Below are positions 38,332-47,447 of a DNA stretch of 64,000 nt, piece after piece. The translations under genes were made by a program, and so were the position numbers. The notes beneath the pieces are model-generated. The model had not been told where the DNA came from, did no database searches, and was given only the letters and a program-made list of their open reading frames with translations. Origin of the DNA: a virus. The stretch lies in IMG/VR virus record IMGVR_UViG_3300001589_000003, positions 12,279 to 76,278 of that record; one strand, 5' to 3'. Each line of letters opens with the position of its first letter. Positions within the stretch are counted from its first letter, which is position 1.

Positions 38332-39321
38332 TCAAATACCTAATTTTTTATTCTTCTTTAGTCTTTTCCTGGCTTTGTTTGGGTCTTTGTTCTTGGGGTT
38401 TAGCAATTGTAAGTCCAAGTCCTTAAGTGCTGATTCCAAGAACTTCCTAGAGGCTATTCTCTTACGTATGTTGTTATAATTCAAAGCATAACCAGTCATT
38501 TGTCTGAACTTGGGCCAGAATAATTGACCCTCTACTGGGTTCTTTGGCTCGTCAAAGTTGTAGTTGTATAACAAGTCCAGAAACTGCTCAGCTCTTTCTG
38601 GTCTAGTGAATAGGTATAGGCCCACCCTTGATAATTCCCTAGCTGTATCGTCACTGTGCTCCACCTCAATGATTGAGTCGGCATAGTCAACGAATTTAGA
38701 GAATATGGGTACATATAATAGGTTATTTGGTTTTCTAGTCTTTGATGTATAAGAGTATCTTTTTATTATTTGCTCAACAGTGAACGTATTCATGGTTAAT
38801 AGGTTCTTTATGTTGTTCTTATCATTGTTCTTGTTTCTCCTTTTGAATGCTGATGGCTCTTGTATCTCTTTGGGTAATATTCTAAAGTTATTCCATCGGT
38901 CGAATTCAAATACCATTAGGGCAAAGTTCTTATCTACAACAGATTTGGAGTTAACTAGCCTTTCCATCTCATCTATGATAATTTTATCCCTAACTGATGT
39001 TATGGTGAATTTTATCTTATCCACCTTTGCTACAGCTTCATTGGTTTTCATCCTTTGCTTTATAGCATAGTTTAGGTATTTTCTAAATCTCTTGTCTATT
39101 TTTACATAGCTGGGTATAACAGTATCATACATAGTTAAATGCTCTGAAAACATCTTTAAAAAATGTTGGGCTCTTGCCTCTATCTCTAGGAATTTATAAT
39201 GAGCTCTTTCCATGATCTCACCTGCTTCCCAAGTGGATTTACCATGACCATACCTTAGAGATAAAGCTAGTTGCTCATCCTCAAGTAATAATTTCCAAGC
39301 CTTTTTATTATAACCTGTCAT
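38332..39321 (-). CDS. Protein with N-terminal sigma70 region-4-like HTH
   Basis: EQLALSLRYGHGKSTWEAGEIM...EARA. Confidence 0.5.
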   Translation of the reverse strand: MTGYNKKAWKLLLEDEQLALSLRYGHGKSTWEAGEIMERAHYKFLEIEARAQHFLKMFSEHLTMYDTVIPSYVKIDKRFRKYLNYAIKQRMKTNEAVAKVDKIKFTITSVRDKIIIDEMERLVNSKSVVDKNFALMVFEFDRWNNFRILPKEIQEPSAFKRRNKNNDKNNIKNLLTMNTFTVEQIIKRYSYTSKTRKPNNLLYVPIFSKFVDYADSIIEVEHSDDTARELSRVGLYLFTRPERAEQFLDLLYNYNFDEPKNPVEGQLFWPKFRQMTGYALNYNNIRKRIASRKFLESALKDLDLQLLNPKNKDPNKARKRLKKNKKLGI

Positions 39322-39998
39322 TTTTTCTTAAGTTTATATTCCATCTCATCAGTTGATAGCTCCTTCATTTCTGTGTTCATGAAGGACTCCTTGTATATAG
39401 TGTAGAAGATGTTCTCAAAGGATACTGTAACCCTTGACATGTGAGTTTGCAATAGTAATTTTACCTCTACTTCTTTTTTCTTTTTCTTTACCTTTATTAT
39501 TTCTGCATCCAGACCATCGAATGGATACCCCTTCAATACAACTATCTTACCTTCATATAGGTTTTCTACATCCGCTGCACTATATATTGATTTAGAATTC
39601 TGGCTTTTTCTTATCCTTATTATCTCCTTGGTAGTTACTATACCTATGCCCATTGGGTTGTGTAAGAAGTAGCTAGGGTTCTTAGTGTAGTCAAGATCAG
39701 TGTATGCGCATCTATCAGTTACCCAAGCATAAATGGCTGTTATATCCTTTTGCATTTGTTTTAGCAAATGGCTATTAGGTAGGAAGTATTTAGGAACACT
39801 AAAGAACCCGTAGTTAAATAAGAATGGTATATCTTCAAAATGTTCTTTGCCTTTGTGTCTCTTATTTAAAACACTTACCATGGGTACAAATGAAGTGACA
39901 CCCTTATAAACATTAGACTTCTTTAAGTCATCCTGTATAGTGCTTATATGTTTAGATGATATATAAGCACCGATCCAAATTACTGGTCTTTTTGCCAT
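39318..39998 (-). CDS. NusG/RfaH/UpxY-like transcription elongation factor
   Basis: PFLFNYGFF NGN motif; KOW GKIVVLKGYPFDGLDAEI. Confidence 0.7.
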   Translation of the reverse strand: MAKRPVIWIGAYISSKHISTIQDDLKKSNVYKGVTSFVPMVSVLNKRHKGKEHFEDIPFLFNYGFFSVPKYFLPNSHLLKQMQKDITAIYAWVTDRCAYTDLDYTKNPSYFLHNPMGIGIVTTKEIIRIRKSQNSKSIYSAADVENLYEGKIVVLKGYPFDGLDAEIIKVKKKKKEVEVKLLLQTHMSRVTVSFENIFYTIYKESFMNTEMKELSTDEMEYKLKKK

Positions 39999-40528
39999 CT
40001 CTTAGTTTGAATTTTTCTAGCTACCTTTTCAAATTTCTTCCACTTAATATCAAGTAGGGCGTTTGTAGATGTCATAAACAATCTTTGCCCTTGATTTGTT
40101 ATAATTATAGATTTGGGTTTTTGTAATTTTATGGACTTACTTAGTATCTTGTAATCCAAATAGGACATGATAACAAAGAATAACCCCTTAGGTAATCCAT
40201 TGTATCTCATGAATAACATAGGCATCTTCTCACCCCTTACTCCATCTTCTAGTGCTTGATTCCAGAACTTAAGAACCTCCGACTCTACATTGTAGAACAT
40301 CTTCTCGAAGTTTATGTCTCTATAGTTTTTTACCTCTATGGTTAGTGGAAATACGTAGTTCTTCTTTACACATATTATATCACCCACTGTATAGTCCAGA
40401 ACATGTCCTCTTAGTCCTCCTGATGCTGGGCTTCTTTTAAAACTCATACCACTCCACTCTTCCCACCACTCTATAGCCTGTTTTTCTCCTCGTGCGCCTT
40501 TTGCCCTAGAATCTACTTTTTTAGCCAT
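39980..40528 (-). CDS. Holliday junction resolvase (PD-(D/E)xK)
   Basis: KGARGE, GDI and IEVKN motifs. Confidence 0.75.
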   Translation of the reverse strand: MAKKVDSRAKGARGEKQAIEWWEEWSGMSFKRSPASGGLRGHVLDYTVGDIICVKKNYVFPLTIEVKNYRDINFEKMFYNVESEVLKFWNQALEDGVRGEKMPMLFMRYNGLPKGLFFVIMSYLDYKILSKSIKLQKPKSIIITNQGQRLFMTSTNALLDIKWKKFEKVARKIQTKRWQKDQ

Positions 40529-40571
40529 GTTATTGTTTATTAGATATATTGATCAATAGTACAATGCGATA

Positions 40572-40949
40572 CTACTGGGTTTGGCACCCTTTACTGTAGC
40601 CTGCATGTCTACCATTTTTATGAGCATCCTCAAAATTTTCACTCTGAGTAAGCCATCTAAGATTAGTGTATAAGTTATTATGTTTATTAAAATCTATGTG
40701 ATCTACATGTAATCCTGGTTTATACCCATCTACAAAAGCCATTGCTACTAGCCTATGTAGGTACATAGTTTTTCTACTTTTATAATTTTCATCAGTTATT
40801 AGGGTTACTAATATGTATCTCTGTTTTCTATTAGATGTTTTTCTAACTTTGCCAGTTCTAATATTTCTAACTTTACCGTGGTTAGAGACTTGGTACTTAC
40901 TAAACCCTTGTATATCTTTCCAAATTTCCTTCATATAGTACAATAGCAT
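40572..40949 (-). mobile_element. Free-standing NUMOD4-HNH homing endonuclease
   Basis: EIWKDIQGFSKYQVSNHGKVR; HRLVA; VDHID...NLRWLT.SEN. Confidence 0.85.
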
Positions 40950-40954
40950 ATTGT

Positions 40955-42817
40955 CTATAATATCACTGTAGCACCGCTGCTGGCCCGTCTGAGTGATATT
41001 TGATTGTCTATATTGCTGGATAGGAACTCCTTCCTGTGGGTTACTAGGTGAAGTGGTAAATTCCTAGATTTTAGTAGAATTAACTCGGCTACCATGTCTA
41101 TATTGGATTCGTCTAGTGACTCAAATATCTCATCCATTATGAGTAGGTTAACACTTCTTGATTTGTGTATAACATCATGGATGGATAGAGCTAAGCATAC
41201 ATCTACCAATTGTTGTTCTCCCCCTGACAAACTTGGGTAATCCCTTATATTATCCCCTTCGTAAATGAAGGCATTGAAATCTTTGTTACCTGACTCTAAG
41301 TCTATGAATAAATCAACTCTAAACCCTAGGCTCTTTGAGTATTCTAGCATGGCATTATTCACCAAGGCTAATTGAGATTGGAATATGTAATTCTTTAAGC
41401 CCTTGTTGGATAGAGCATCAGTTATTACCCACTCAAGTAATTTTACCTCCTCTATTAAACTGTCCCTATCAGGCTTTAGTATCTTTAGAGTTTTCTTATA
41501 TTCCTTTACCTCAGTTTTGTATTTATTTAGCTCTTCTTTGTTTATGGGTTTTGATTTAAGGTCATCATATTTTTTTCTGAGTTCCTTTAGTTTTTTGTTC
41601 TCGCTCTTAAATATGTCTGGATTATACTCTATGGTATCATATCCCACATTTATCACTTCCTCTAGTGAGTTTCTATTACTTAAATGATCATCTTTCAATG
41701 ATTCTAATATCTTGATACTAGAGTCTAGTTTTTTTAACTCCTTTTTCATGGTTTTTATACCCTTCTTCTTTACCTTATATTCTTCTTGACATCTCTCAAG
41801 GTTTTTACTCACAGTAGCCATTTGTTTTTCAAATAACTCCTTATCCAGAGGTTGACCACACTCATTACATTTTTTGATCTTGGACATTAGTGATATCTTT
41901 AAATCACCTATCTCTTTTTTCTTAGCCTTTACCATGGATATTTCACCAGATAGGTTTAGGTCTATTCTAAATTGTTGTTTTTCTACAGTCTCATATTTAC
42001 TCATTTGTTTCTCCAATGAGTCTAAGTTTTTACGTATAGATTTCTCTTTATCTCTTAGCTCTTGGTACTCTGTTTTAGATTTATTTAACCTGTCGATTGT
42101 ATTCTCTTTTAAGGCTATATCATCAGCTACATTCTGTAAATCATCCATTAGCCTAGTTTCCATTGAGGCTATGAATTCTTTCTTTGTAGCTATTTTATCT
42201 TTTGTTACCTCTATCTCTTGTTTCTTATCCTCCAGTAAGCTTTTAGTATTAATTAGGTCTTTAGATGCTTTCTCTTTACCCTGTGCTATATAAGGAACAT
42301 CAAAAGCCTCCTCAAACATCTGTTTCTGATTAGGGCCTCTCTCTGATAGTAGTCTGGTTAACTTTTGACCGAATAAAATTGAGCTTTTAAATAACAAAAG
42401 AGACATACCTAAAAGCTCCTCTATTTTTTTCTGCTGATCCTTCTTGTCCCTAAGCTTTTCTAGCCATATTCCAGACACATATACAAAAATACCATTTCCA
42501 CCTCTCACATCTCCCACCTTATCTTTGTAGTTTTTGCATCTTATAATTTTTACCTTCTTACCATCTACTAATAACTTCACCGTAACTTTGGTACCCTTGA
42601 AGGTAGTTAGTCCTTTTATAACATCCTCCCAAGGCTCTACTGATTTCCCGCCTATTGTTTTACCATACAATACCCAAGTTAACGCCGAAAAAATAGTGGT
42701 CTTTCCAGAACCATTTTTCCCGAATATTAAGTTAGTTCCTGACTGATCTAACCTATATGGAAATGGCTCCAGTATTGAGCCAAATCCTTCTATTAGTATG
42801 TTTTTAAATATTATCAT
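40955..42817 (-). CDS. SbcC/Rad50-like ATPase
   Basis: GKNGSGKT, CNEC hook, LSGGE, LIMDE. Confidence 0.88.
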   Translation of the reverse strand: MIIFKNILIEGFGSILEPFPYRLDQSGTNLIFGKNGSGKTTIFSALTWVLYGKTIGGKSVEPWEDVIKGLTTFKGTKVTVKLLVDGKKVKIIRCKNYKDKVGDVRGGNGIFVYVSGIWLEKLRDKKDQQKKIEELLGMSLLLFKSSILFGQKLTRLLSERGPNQKQMFEEAFDVPYIAQGKEKASKDLINTKSLLEDKKQEIEVTKDKIATKKEFIASMETRLMDDLQNVADDIALKENTIDRLNKSKTEYQELRDKEKSIRKNLDSLEKQMSKYETVEKQQFRIDLNLSGEISMVKAKKKEIGDLKISLMSKIKKCNECGQPLDKELFEKQMATVSKNLERCQEEYKVKKKGIKTMKKELKKLDSSIKILESLKDDHLSNRNSLEEVINVGYDTIEYNPDIFKSENKKLKELRKKYDDLKSKPINKEELNKYKTEVKEYKKTLKILKPDRDSLIEEVKLLEWVITDALSNKGLKNYIFQSQLALVNNAMLEYSKSLGFRVDLFIDLESGNKDFNAFIYEGDNIRDYPSLSGGEQQLVDVCLALSIHDVIHKSRSVNLLIMDEIFESLDESNIDMVAELILLKSRNLPLHLVTHRKEFLSSNIDNQISLRRASSGATVIL

Positions 42818-43176
42818 TGCTGAACAAATCTTTTAACAGTTTTAGTTTTAGATAACTCAATTGTACCCATAAACCTAGTTAAGGGTTGAATGAAAGTTTG
42901 AATCCTAGGTTTTTTAATTGTTTTAACTTTACCTGCTCTCTTGTGACCCTCTGGATGTAACACTTGAGTTCTCTCCCCATTCACCCACTCCCATACTGGA
43001 ACGAACCTATATTGAACTTCCAATCTTCTATACATCACATAGGGAACCCTAAGCTTTCTCCACTTCTCTTTGTCATTCATAGTATGGGTTACAACCCCCT
43101 GTACTATGTATAGTTCTCCCTTATAGTGTTGGTATACTCCAGGTTGTACATCATACTCATTTATCCAGTCCATCAT
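42814..43176 (-). CDS. DUF1653-like protein
   Basis: PGVYQHYKGELYIV. Confidence 0.6.
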   Translation of the reverse strand: MMDWINEYDVQPGVYQHYKGELYIVQGVVTHTMNDKEKWRKLRVPYVMYRRLEVQYRFVPVWEWVNGERTQVLHPEGHKRAGKVKTIKKPRIQTFIQPLTRFMGTIELSKTKTVKRFVQQ

Positions 43177-44143
43177 TTTCTAGGTATTTAATTAAAGTGT
43201 TCCTTTTTTCCTTGGATTTAATACCCTTTACTTTTAGGTATTTTTTAGCTAGTTTTTTAGCTTTATCCTTGGGTTTAAATAATAAGTCATCTGCCTCGGT
43301 GGTTTTAATTATATCCTTTGGTATTTGAATCCAGAAATCAGTTTCATTTCCAGGCTCTTCACCCTCATTGTAGTATTTGAACTCTGGTAAGTTTAAGGGT
43401 TTAAATTTTAAAGTTCCATTTGACATCAATAGATTTAATCCCATTGTTGTACCACTGTCAGAGGTTCTCTGCTGATGGGTTGCTCCCAGTAGGTAGGTAT
43501 TACTGAAAATCTTTTGTGGTTTGTGTATGTGTCCAGATATAGCTAAATCGAATTTCTTTAAAAGCTTATATAAGTTCTTGGGCATATCTGTTTCTACCTC
43601 ATACCCATTAGGCTCTACAGCCCCCGGTAGGTGAGTATGTAATAGTATTATATTCTTCTTCTTTGGCTCTATCTGTTTCGATAGTGTTTCCACAGCCTGT
43701 ATAACATCTGAATTGTTAGACATATAAGGCACACCATGTAGAGCATAAAGATCATTGTTTTTAGGTATTATAGTTTGGAGGTCTAAGTTTATTATATTTG
43801 GATATATTGTCGATAACATATTAATATAACTCGGGCTTGTATAGGCAACTGAATTTTTATCACATTGGTCATGGTTTCCAGATATGCAATATATATTTAC
43901 TTTAGCCTCCTTAAATTTGTTTAGCCACTTGAAAACATGGTTGAGTACGGTGTTTTTTAGGTATTTTGGGTTATCGAAGAAATCCCCTCCAAACAATGCG
44001 TCTACCCCATGCTTAATGCATAGTTTTAATACCTTATTAAGTATTATCTCATTATGTAGTAATCTGGAGCTATCAGTGGAGAACCTCGCCCAATCCTCCA
44101 CATGGGTATCTGAAAATATGATGAACTCAACCTTATTTTTCAT
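43157..44143 (-). CDS. SbcD/Mre11-like nuclease
   Basis: SDTH, GDFFD, GNHD, GHIH. Confidence 0.85.
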   Translation of the reverse strand: MKNKVEFIIFSDTHVEDWARFSTDSSRLLHNEIILNKVLKLCIKHGVDALFGGDFFDNPKYLKNTVLNHVFKWLNKFKEAKVNIYCISGNHDQCDKNSVAYTSPSYINMLSTIYPNIINLDLQTIIPKNNDLYALHGVPYMSNNSDVIQAVETLSKQIEPKKKNIILLHTHLPGAVEPNGYEVETDMPKNLYKLLKKFDLAISGHIHKPQKIFSNTYLLGATHQQRTSDSGTTMGLNLLMSNGTLKFKPLNLPEFKYYNEGEEPGNETDFWIQIPKDIIKTTEADDLLFKPKDKAKKLAKKYLKVKGIKSKEKRNTLIKYLENDGLDK

Positions 44144-44144
44144 A

Positions 44145-44639
44145 TTAGTTACTTTCTGAGTTTCTTAGAATAATTGTTTTTAAATCAGCAGGGCTATAAT
44201 TTACGCATTTAAGTGTTTTCTTATTATTGTCAAGGTCTATTACAAAGAATACTTCATCAACCGACACTATATCTGTATTTGGTATACCTTTTTGATTCGC
44301 GTACCACATTTGAGTTTCTTCAGCTTCTTCTATTGTTTTACAAGCTTTACTCATATTCGATCTGTGTACTTCATTGAATAACTCCCTAAATATGCTCCCT
44401 AATCCAAACTCTAATACCGAACCCGATAGTACATACTGTAAATCACATAATGCGTCCGCTACCTCAACCAAGTCTTTTTCCACAGTTGCATCCACTAACT
44501 CTTTCAGCTCCTCTGTTATTAAGCTTATTCTTAAGGCTACCCGATCTTCTGATGGTATCGTCGGATAAGTCTCTATGGAGTTGTTGGTAATTTTATGAAA
44601 CTCTCTAACTAAATTTAAGCTTTTCGGGTCTCTCATCAT
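44145..44639 (-). CDS. All-alpha NTP pyrophosphohydrolase (MazG/DR2231-like)
   Basis: EELKEL...EVADALCDLQYV...EVHRSNMSK. Confidence 0.8.
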   Translation of the reverse strand: MMRDPKSLNLVREFHKITNNSIETYPTIPSEDRVALRISLITEELKELVDATVEKDLVEVADALCDLQYVLSGSVLEFGLGSIFRELFNEVHRSNMSKACKTIEEAEETQMWYANQKGIPNTDIVSVDEVFFVIDLDNNKKTLKCVNYSPADLKTIILRNSESN

Positions 44640-45526
44640 TTTAAAGTTTTAAATGGTCTAATAAATGAATTGCCCATTAGTTTTGTCATATTATACTTTC
44701 TGGCAAGTCTGTTGAATTTTTCAACATTAAGTTTCGGGTTTTTACCCCCTATGTATTCAGTTTTGAGTTGATCTTTAAATTTGGAGTAGAAGTATCTCAA
44801 GTCAATCAACACTCGGCATATATCTATCAACTCTAGTAACTTATCTCTCTTTATTATAGTATGATCATCATTTGATTTCAAGAAGTTCGCTAAACTCCCA
44901 TATTTCTCAAGTAATTGTGCTGCCTTAGTAGGACCTATACCTGGGTAACCTGGTATGTTATCAGAGTTGTCTCCTATGAGGGTTAACCAATCAACTGTGT
45001 TATGAGCATGGTAACCTTTCTCTTCAAAACAATTTTCTTCGGTTATGATGGTTTTCTTTTTCCTCTTGTCATTGAAGATACTAACGTTAGCATCTATGAG
45101 TTGGTCAAAGTCTTTATCATTACTGATTATGATGACATTGGTAAAACCGTTCTTACCTGCTAGTTTGGTTAACTTGTAAATCATATCATCAGCTTCACCT
45201 TTGCTGTTGAATATCTGCTTTACCCCTAGATGCTTAAACATCTTCTGTACAATGCTCTTTTGTTTTAAGAAGTTCTTGTAGTCAGTTAAAGATTTATGGG
45301 CTCTCTCCTTATAATTGGGTAATACCTTTACCCTCTCCTTAGAGTGTCCCCCATCCCATACCAGTATCATCTCGTCTGGGTTGAATCTACTGATGTAACT
45401 TCTGACCATGGTTACTAACCCATATATTATTGACACTACAAAATTCTTATAGGATAGCCTCGAGTAAGCATGATAAGCTTTCCAAGCTGAATTGTTACTG
45501 TCTACTATTACTAATGTCTTACCCAT
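44636..45526 (-). CDS. 5'-3' exonuclease / flap endonuclease
   Basis: EADD, SNDKDF, GDNSDNIPGYPGIGPTKA. Confidence 0.88.
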   Translation of the reverse strand: MGKTLVIVDSNNSAWKAYHAYSRLSYKNFVVSIIYGLVTMVRSYISRFNPDEMILVWDGGHSKERVKVLPNYKERAHKSLTDYKNFLKQKSIVQKMFKHLGVKQIFNSKGEADDMIYKLTKLAGKNGFTNVIIISNDKDFDQLIDANVSIFNDKRKKKTIITEENCFEEKGYHAHNTVDWLTLIGDNSDNIPGYPGIGPTKAAQLLEKYGSLANFLKSNDDHTIIKRDKLLELIDICRVLIDLRYFYSKFKDQLKTEYIGGKNPKLNVEKFNRLARKYNMTKLMGNSFIRPFKTLK

Positions 45527-46083
45527 CTATAACCTCCTGTCTTTTTTCTACGTCCTGCTATACAACTACCTATATTTTGTCTTGAACAATTGTTATCTTC
45601 AGCTCCTTCTCTTGCTGTTGGGTAGTATTTTCTATTACCTTCCCCATCTACCCTGTAAAGTCCTTTAGCATTGGGTGAGTTCTCCCCTCTCAACAATTTG
45701 TGAGCTTCTGATAACTTCTTCCTGTGTGATAAAGAGAAATTAGCACCCTTCATGGTCAATGACATGTTCTTTGACCTGTCTCTGTAAGTAGTGTTCACTA
45801 AGTCAAACCCAAGTTCTACCATCCAATCAATCCAAGTATTTTCAGCTTTAAGCTTTTTGGACTCAGGTACAATATCCAATAGTTCAATCGTTGGCTCCTC
45901 ACCCAAGGAGTTCAACCATACTACTCTCTTATTAGTTTTTCTACCTTTACCACCCTTAAATGACTTAGCTTCTTTCATATGCCTACTTAACCTATGTTTT
46001 AAAGATTCCCCAGTTTGCCCAACATACCTAGGTAAAAAGGTTATTGGGTCTTTCAATACATATATTCTAACAATATCTTCCAT
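45511..46083 (-). mobile_element. Free-standing GIY-YIG homing endonuclease
   Basis: RIYVLKDP...RYVGQT; HRKKLSEAH NUMOD3-like; C-terminal HTH-like. Confidence 0.8.
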
Positions 46084-46129
46084 GACTAGTATAACAGATT
46101 AATTTATTATACTAGTCAATTAGTATTGT
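46083..46129 (-). promoter_or_regulatory. 12 bp hairpin over the endonuclease start region plus late promoter motif
   Basis: tgactagtataa (46083-46094) / ttatactagtca (46107-46118); ACAATACTA at 46121-46129. Confidence 0.7.
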
Positions 46130-46130
46130 C

Positions 46131-46283
46131 TTATTTTTCATGAGTACTGGTTATTATTACTTTACCCAAACCTTTTATTGTGGGCATGGTTGATTTCCAA
46201 ATATTTCTTACCCGCTTTATTTCTCCTACACTAGGTTCTTCGTGATCCCCATTGATATTTACCGTACCTTTATAGCTATTCAT
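46131..46283 (-). CDS. 50 aa ORF resembling a terminase ATPase fragment
   Basis: Translated by hand: ...IWKSTMPTIKGLGKVIITSTHEK; overlaps the recA stop. Confidence 0.4.
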   Translation of the reverse strand: MNSYKGTVNINGDHEEPSVGEIKRVRNIWKSTMPTIKGLGKVIITSTHEK

Positions 46284-47403
46284 CATCTGATTGAGTTTTA
46301 CCTACATTCACTGGATATAAATTTCTAGTCAGTGCGTCTATCTTTTCCTGAGTTTTAGAGATGGTATTAATACCAGACTTTTTAATCAAAGCTTTTCTCA
46401 TCTTCTTGTTCTCTATTAGCTTTCTTAAAAAATCATCCTCTCCATTAGCTATACTTTTACCCTTGTATTTGTAGTGTGACCCACCTTTAGTAACAACCCC
46501 TAGTTCCTGTAGTATCTCTGGTAACCCATGATACCTGGAGAATCCTACGTAGCCATATATATCATCTCTAAAGTATACCTGAGTTTTGATGTTCTCCTTT
46601 GGAGGAGCAACCTTGTTCTTAGGTATAGTTAAGTAGATGTTCTGGCCCATCTTCTTTCCCTTCTTATCATCTTTGAACTTACCATCTACCATTTTACCTT
46701 TGATTTGCTTTGATCTAATAAGACCAACCCTCTGTGATGCATAAAATCTAGTAGCCTTACCACCTGGTGTGATATCAGATGCTTCATATATTGAGGCACC
46801 TACCTTATCTCTTACCTGATTCACCATTATTACTACCACCCCATACTCTTTATAAAAGAAGGACCTCTCTCTATACATACGGTAGATAGCTTTAGCCCTG
46901 TTGCCCATTTGAGATTTACTACCCATGGCATCCGCACCTATATTCTCTTCACAATCAAGTGCTGCAATAGAATCACAGACTACTACTATAGGTTCATTGT
47001 TAGTGAGCTTTGATCTCCAGTATATTATTTGATCCCTGTGCCAATCGGAATACTCTTCTACTGTATTGGAGGTTAGTACTTCAGCTAAAGATGGGTCAAC
47101 CCCATTCTGTCTTATCCAATGGGGTGTCCACGCAAATTCTGCATCACCCCATAACACTCTACCTCCTAATGCTTGAGCTGCATAACAAAAGTCTAAGGCT
47201 AATAAAGATTTACCTGTCGACTCGAATCCAAATAACTCCATCATCTTACCGTAGGGTATACCTCCTCCTAACTGCCAGTTTAAGGCTAAGCTCCTAGATG
47301 GAAGCCATAAATCCTCTTCATCAGGTAGGGTAATCTCACCTGATGAAGAGTTTACGTATTTTTTATCCAGAGCAGAAGGTGATAGTAATTTTAGTTTTGC
47401 CAT
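46276..47403 (-). CDS. recA: RecA/UvsX recombinase
   Basis: GGGIPYG, GFESTGKS, DSIAAL, NQVR, TPGGKATRFYAS, KNKVAPP. Confidence 0.92.
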   Translation of the reverse strand: MAKLKLLSPSALDKKYVNSSSGEITLPDEEDLWLPSRSLALNWQLGGGIPYGKMMELFGFESTGKSLLALDFCYAAQALGGRVLWGDAEFAWTPHWIRQNGVDPSLAEVLTSNTVEEYSDWHRDQIIYWRSKLTNNEPIVVVCDSIAALDCEENIGADAMGSKSQMGNRAKAIYRMYRERSFFYKEYGVVVIMVNQVRDKVGASIYEASDITPGGKATRFYASQRVGLIRSKQIKGKMVDGKFKDDKKGKKMGQNIYLTIPKNKVAPPKENIKTQVYFRDDIYGYVGFSRYHGLPEILQELGVVTKGGSHYKYKGKSIANGEDDFLRKLIENKKMRKALIKKSGINTISKTQEKIDALTRNLYPVNVGKTQSDDE

Positions 47404-47447
47404 GTTTGTTTTTTAAAATGGTAAATCGTCTGAATCATTATCAGGCT

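Noticed and set aside
45511-46283. Group I intron around the GIY-YIG gene
   Set aside because: recA and the exonuclease are both complete, and there is no room for an intron core
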